Shown here: positions 62,333 through 64,000 of the stretch, in pieces
How positions within the stretch are numbered: position 1 is the stretch's first letter
Layout of the letters: each line of letters opens with the position of its first letter
Assembly (NCBI RefSeq): GCF_026571515.1
Contig: NW_026864712.1
Coordinates: 124,001-188,000, forward strand
Origin: Ruditapes philippinarum
Lineage: Eukaryota
DNA: 64,000 nt
Direction of reading: 5' to 3'
The notes under the pieces: model-generated
Seen by the model: only the letters and a program-made list of their open reading frames with translations
What the model was told of the DNA's origin: nothing
Database searches by the model: none
Position numbers and translations under genes: made by a program

Positions 62333-64000
62333 ATTTTCCGTCTTTTATTAACAAACTTGCGGATGTTTAACAATGTATTTAACTATTGATATAAACCCAT
62401 TTACCCCACAATAAATTATTTGTGTCTCGCAAGATAATCTATTTGAATTTAAGATTTTAGATGATTTCTTTCTCATTGTAAGTTGTGTTGCGCTTTATTT
62501 GAAATATACTAAAATTTACGATTGCAGAACAGTGGCCCTTGAAATAGAGACAACGTGTTTTACAAGGATTCTGTGTTAACCTGGTTCCACGACAACAAGT
62601 CTTGTTGGACTACAGACAGTTGTACAGTCAGTTACATGTGTATGTGTATACTCAACCCTTTCTATTTTACGAACATGACATTGTTTTGCATCAAAGTAAG
62701 ATAAGGAATCTAAAATGGGTGTTTAAGGGAGACACAGGCAAAACCTTAATTTATTTGATTTGATTTTTTTTCAATATTTTATAAATATCCTCGAAATGAA
62801 TTTTACTAAGCAGTCACAGGAACAAAACATTTCTGCTTATAAAGAATAAAATGGTGGTTTTCAACGTTGGTCAGGTTGGAGCATTTAGATTTCACAATAG
62901 CTGTTAAATAGAACTATGAAATCGTTAAGGTACCTGTCAAATGAACGACTAAGACTAATTTCAATTTAACAATATCTAGATAATCTGCTATTGTAATTTC
63001 CAGTTTTTTAGTTACATGACTTGTTTTAAAACTACTCGTGATATGTGGGCGTCTGAATTTCGTTCAACATATAGAGACATAATTACGCTTCAAGCCCAAA
63101 TTATATAGTAATTTTACAGAATTTTATGTTAGGACTTTTAAAAATGTCATTTTAACATGATTTGCAATATTCACTTGCCCAAGTATCCCTTTTAGCTGAT
63201 ATATGTGAATGTTTTTATGTATTTGTATATATATGGAAGACTTGCGAAATAAAAAATAAAAGTAAAGTGTCTTTTTAGACTGATCTGCGAAGCAGCCGGA
63301 TAAAAATTCTAAATATATTTACAATTCATTAACATATAACGCTAAACGGTCATTGTAATTTAATTATCTGTTACATTACCCGCCATATTTTTAAACCCGT
63401 CACTATCAGAGTCAAGCTTAATTTGTATTTTGTGCTTTATTATGATATTTCGCTAATTTATGTAGATTGTAAATGCCTTATACGTGTGTACGTTATTTAA
63501 TTTGATCATATTTAACGTGAATATAATGTCTTTTTTCCCCGCTTCATTGCTTTTGGCAAAATTGGCAGGCGAGTCTAAGCGCACACGTGTCTATTGTGAC
63601 TAATACTGCTCAAACAAAGCATTTTATATGTTGATATCTAGCCATCTAACAAACCATTGACGGTTCGAAAAATTATTATTTAAGACTATGAGAACCAATT
63701 TTTCAGTATTACTAAGTACTCTTAAGGTATCATTTTTTCTCATGAACTTATTCTAACAGCTTAGAATAATGTGAATTGTTAACATAAAGCTAACATTGTA
63801 TTACACATTCTGGACAACAATTGAAGTTCATTTCGCCGTCACGTACATTGACAAAATTCTTTTAATAAATAACTACTTAACTTTTTCTTTCAAGTTGGCA
63901 TACACTAAACCAGTCATCAGGAGAAGCTCAGATATATTTTGAAAACATGCGTCAAATCTACAGTTTTATGAGAAAAAAATATGCTTTAATTAAAGATTTT

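Overview
AT-rich eukaryotic genomic DNA, most likely from a bivalve mollusc (inferred from the Steamer-like LTR element, HINE-type repeats and SINE heads). Most entries in the ORF track are spurious. Three spliced loci lie on the minus strand. (1) The first six coding exons of CWH43/PGAP2IP (13456 down to 185; the gene continues off the left edge). Its 10.4-kb second intron holds a 20-bp satellite split by an 8.3-kb Mutator-like element with a 9-bp TSD. (2) A complete 4-exon SUMO gene (28603-22791). (3) A tandemly duplicated two-gene cassette (44.8-58.6 kb) of four 2-exon genes. These encode small proteins with a ParB/sulfiredoxin-like core resembling bacterial polymorphic-toxin ParB domains (FSQDSIS...[DN]NRRL...TTKCGGxxVxVRG), followed by a C-terminal tail anchor. 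The two A paralogs are intact. Each B paralog carries one premature TAG, in complementary exons. This cassette is the best candidate for an undescribed system. The rest is transposable elements: a full-length Steamer-like Ty3/Gypsy element with identical LTRs but a broken gag-pol, CR1/L2-type LINE pieces, two decayed mariners, several CAG...CTG elements with 5-, 6- or 8-bp TSDs, a Kolobok-like MITE, Helentron-like (HINE) repeats and SINEs. Family assignments rest on motif recognition from memory; no searches were run.
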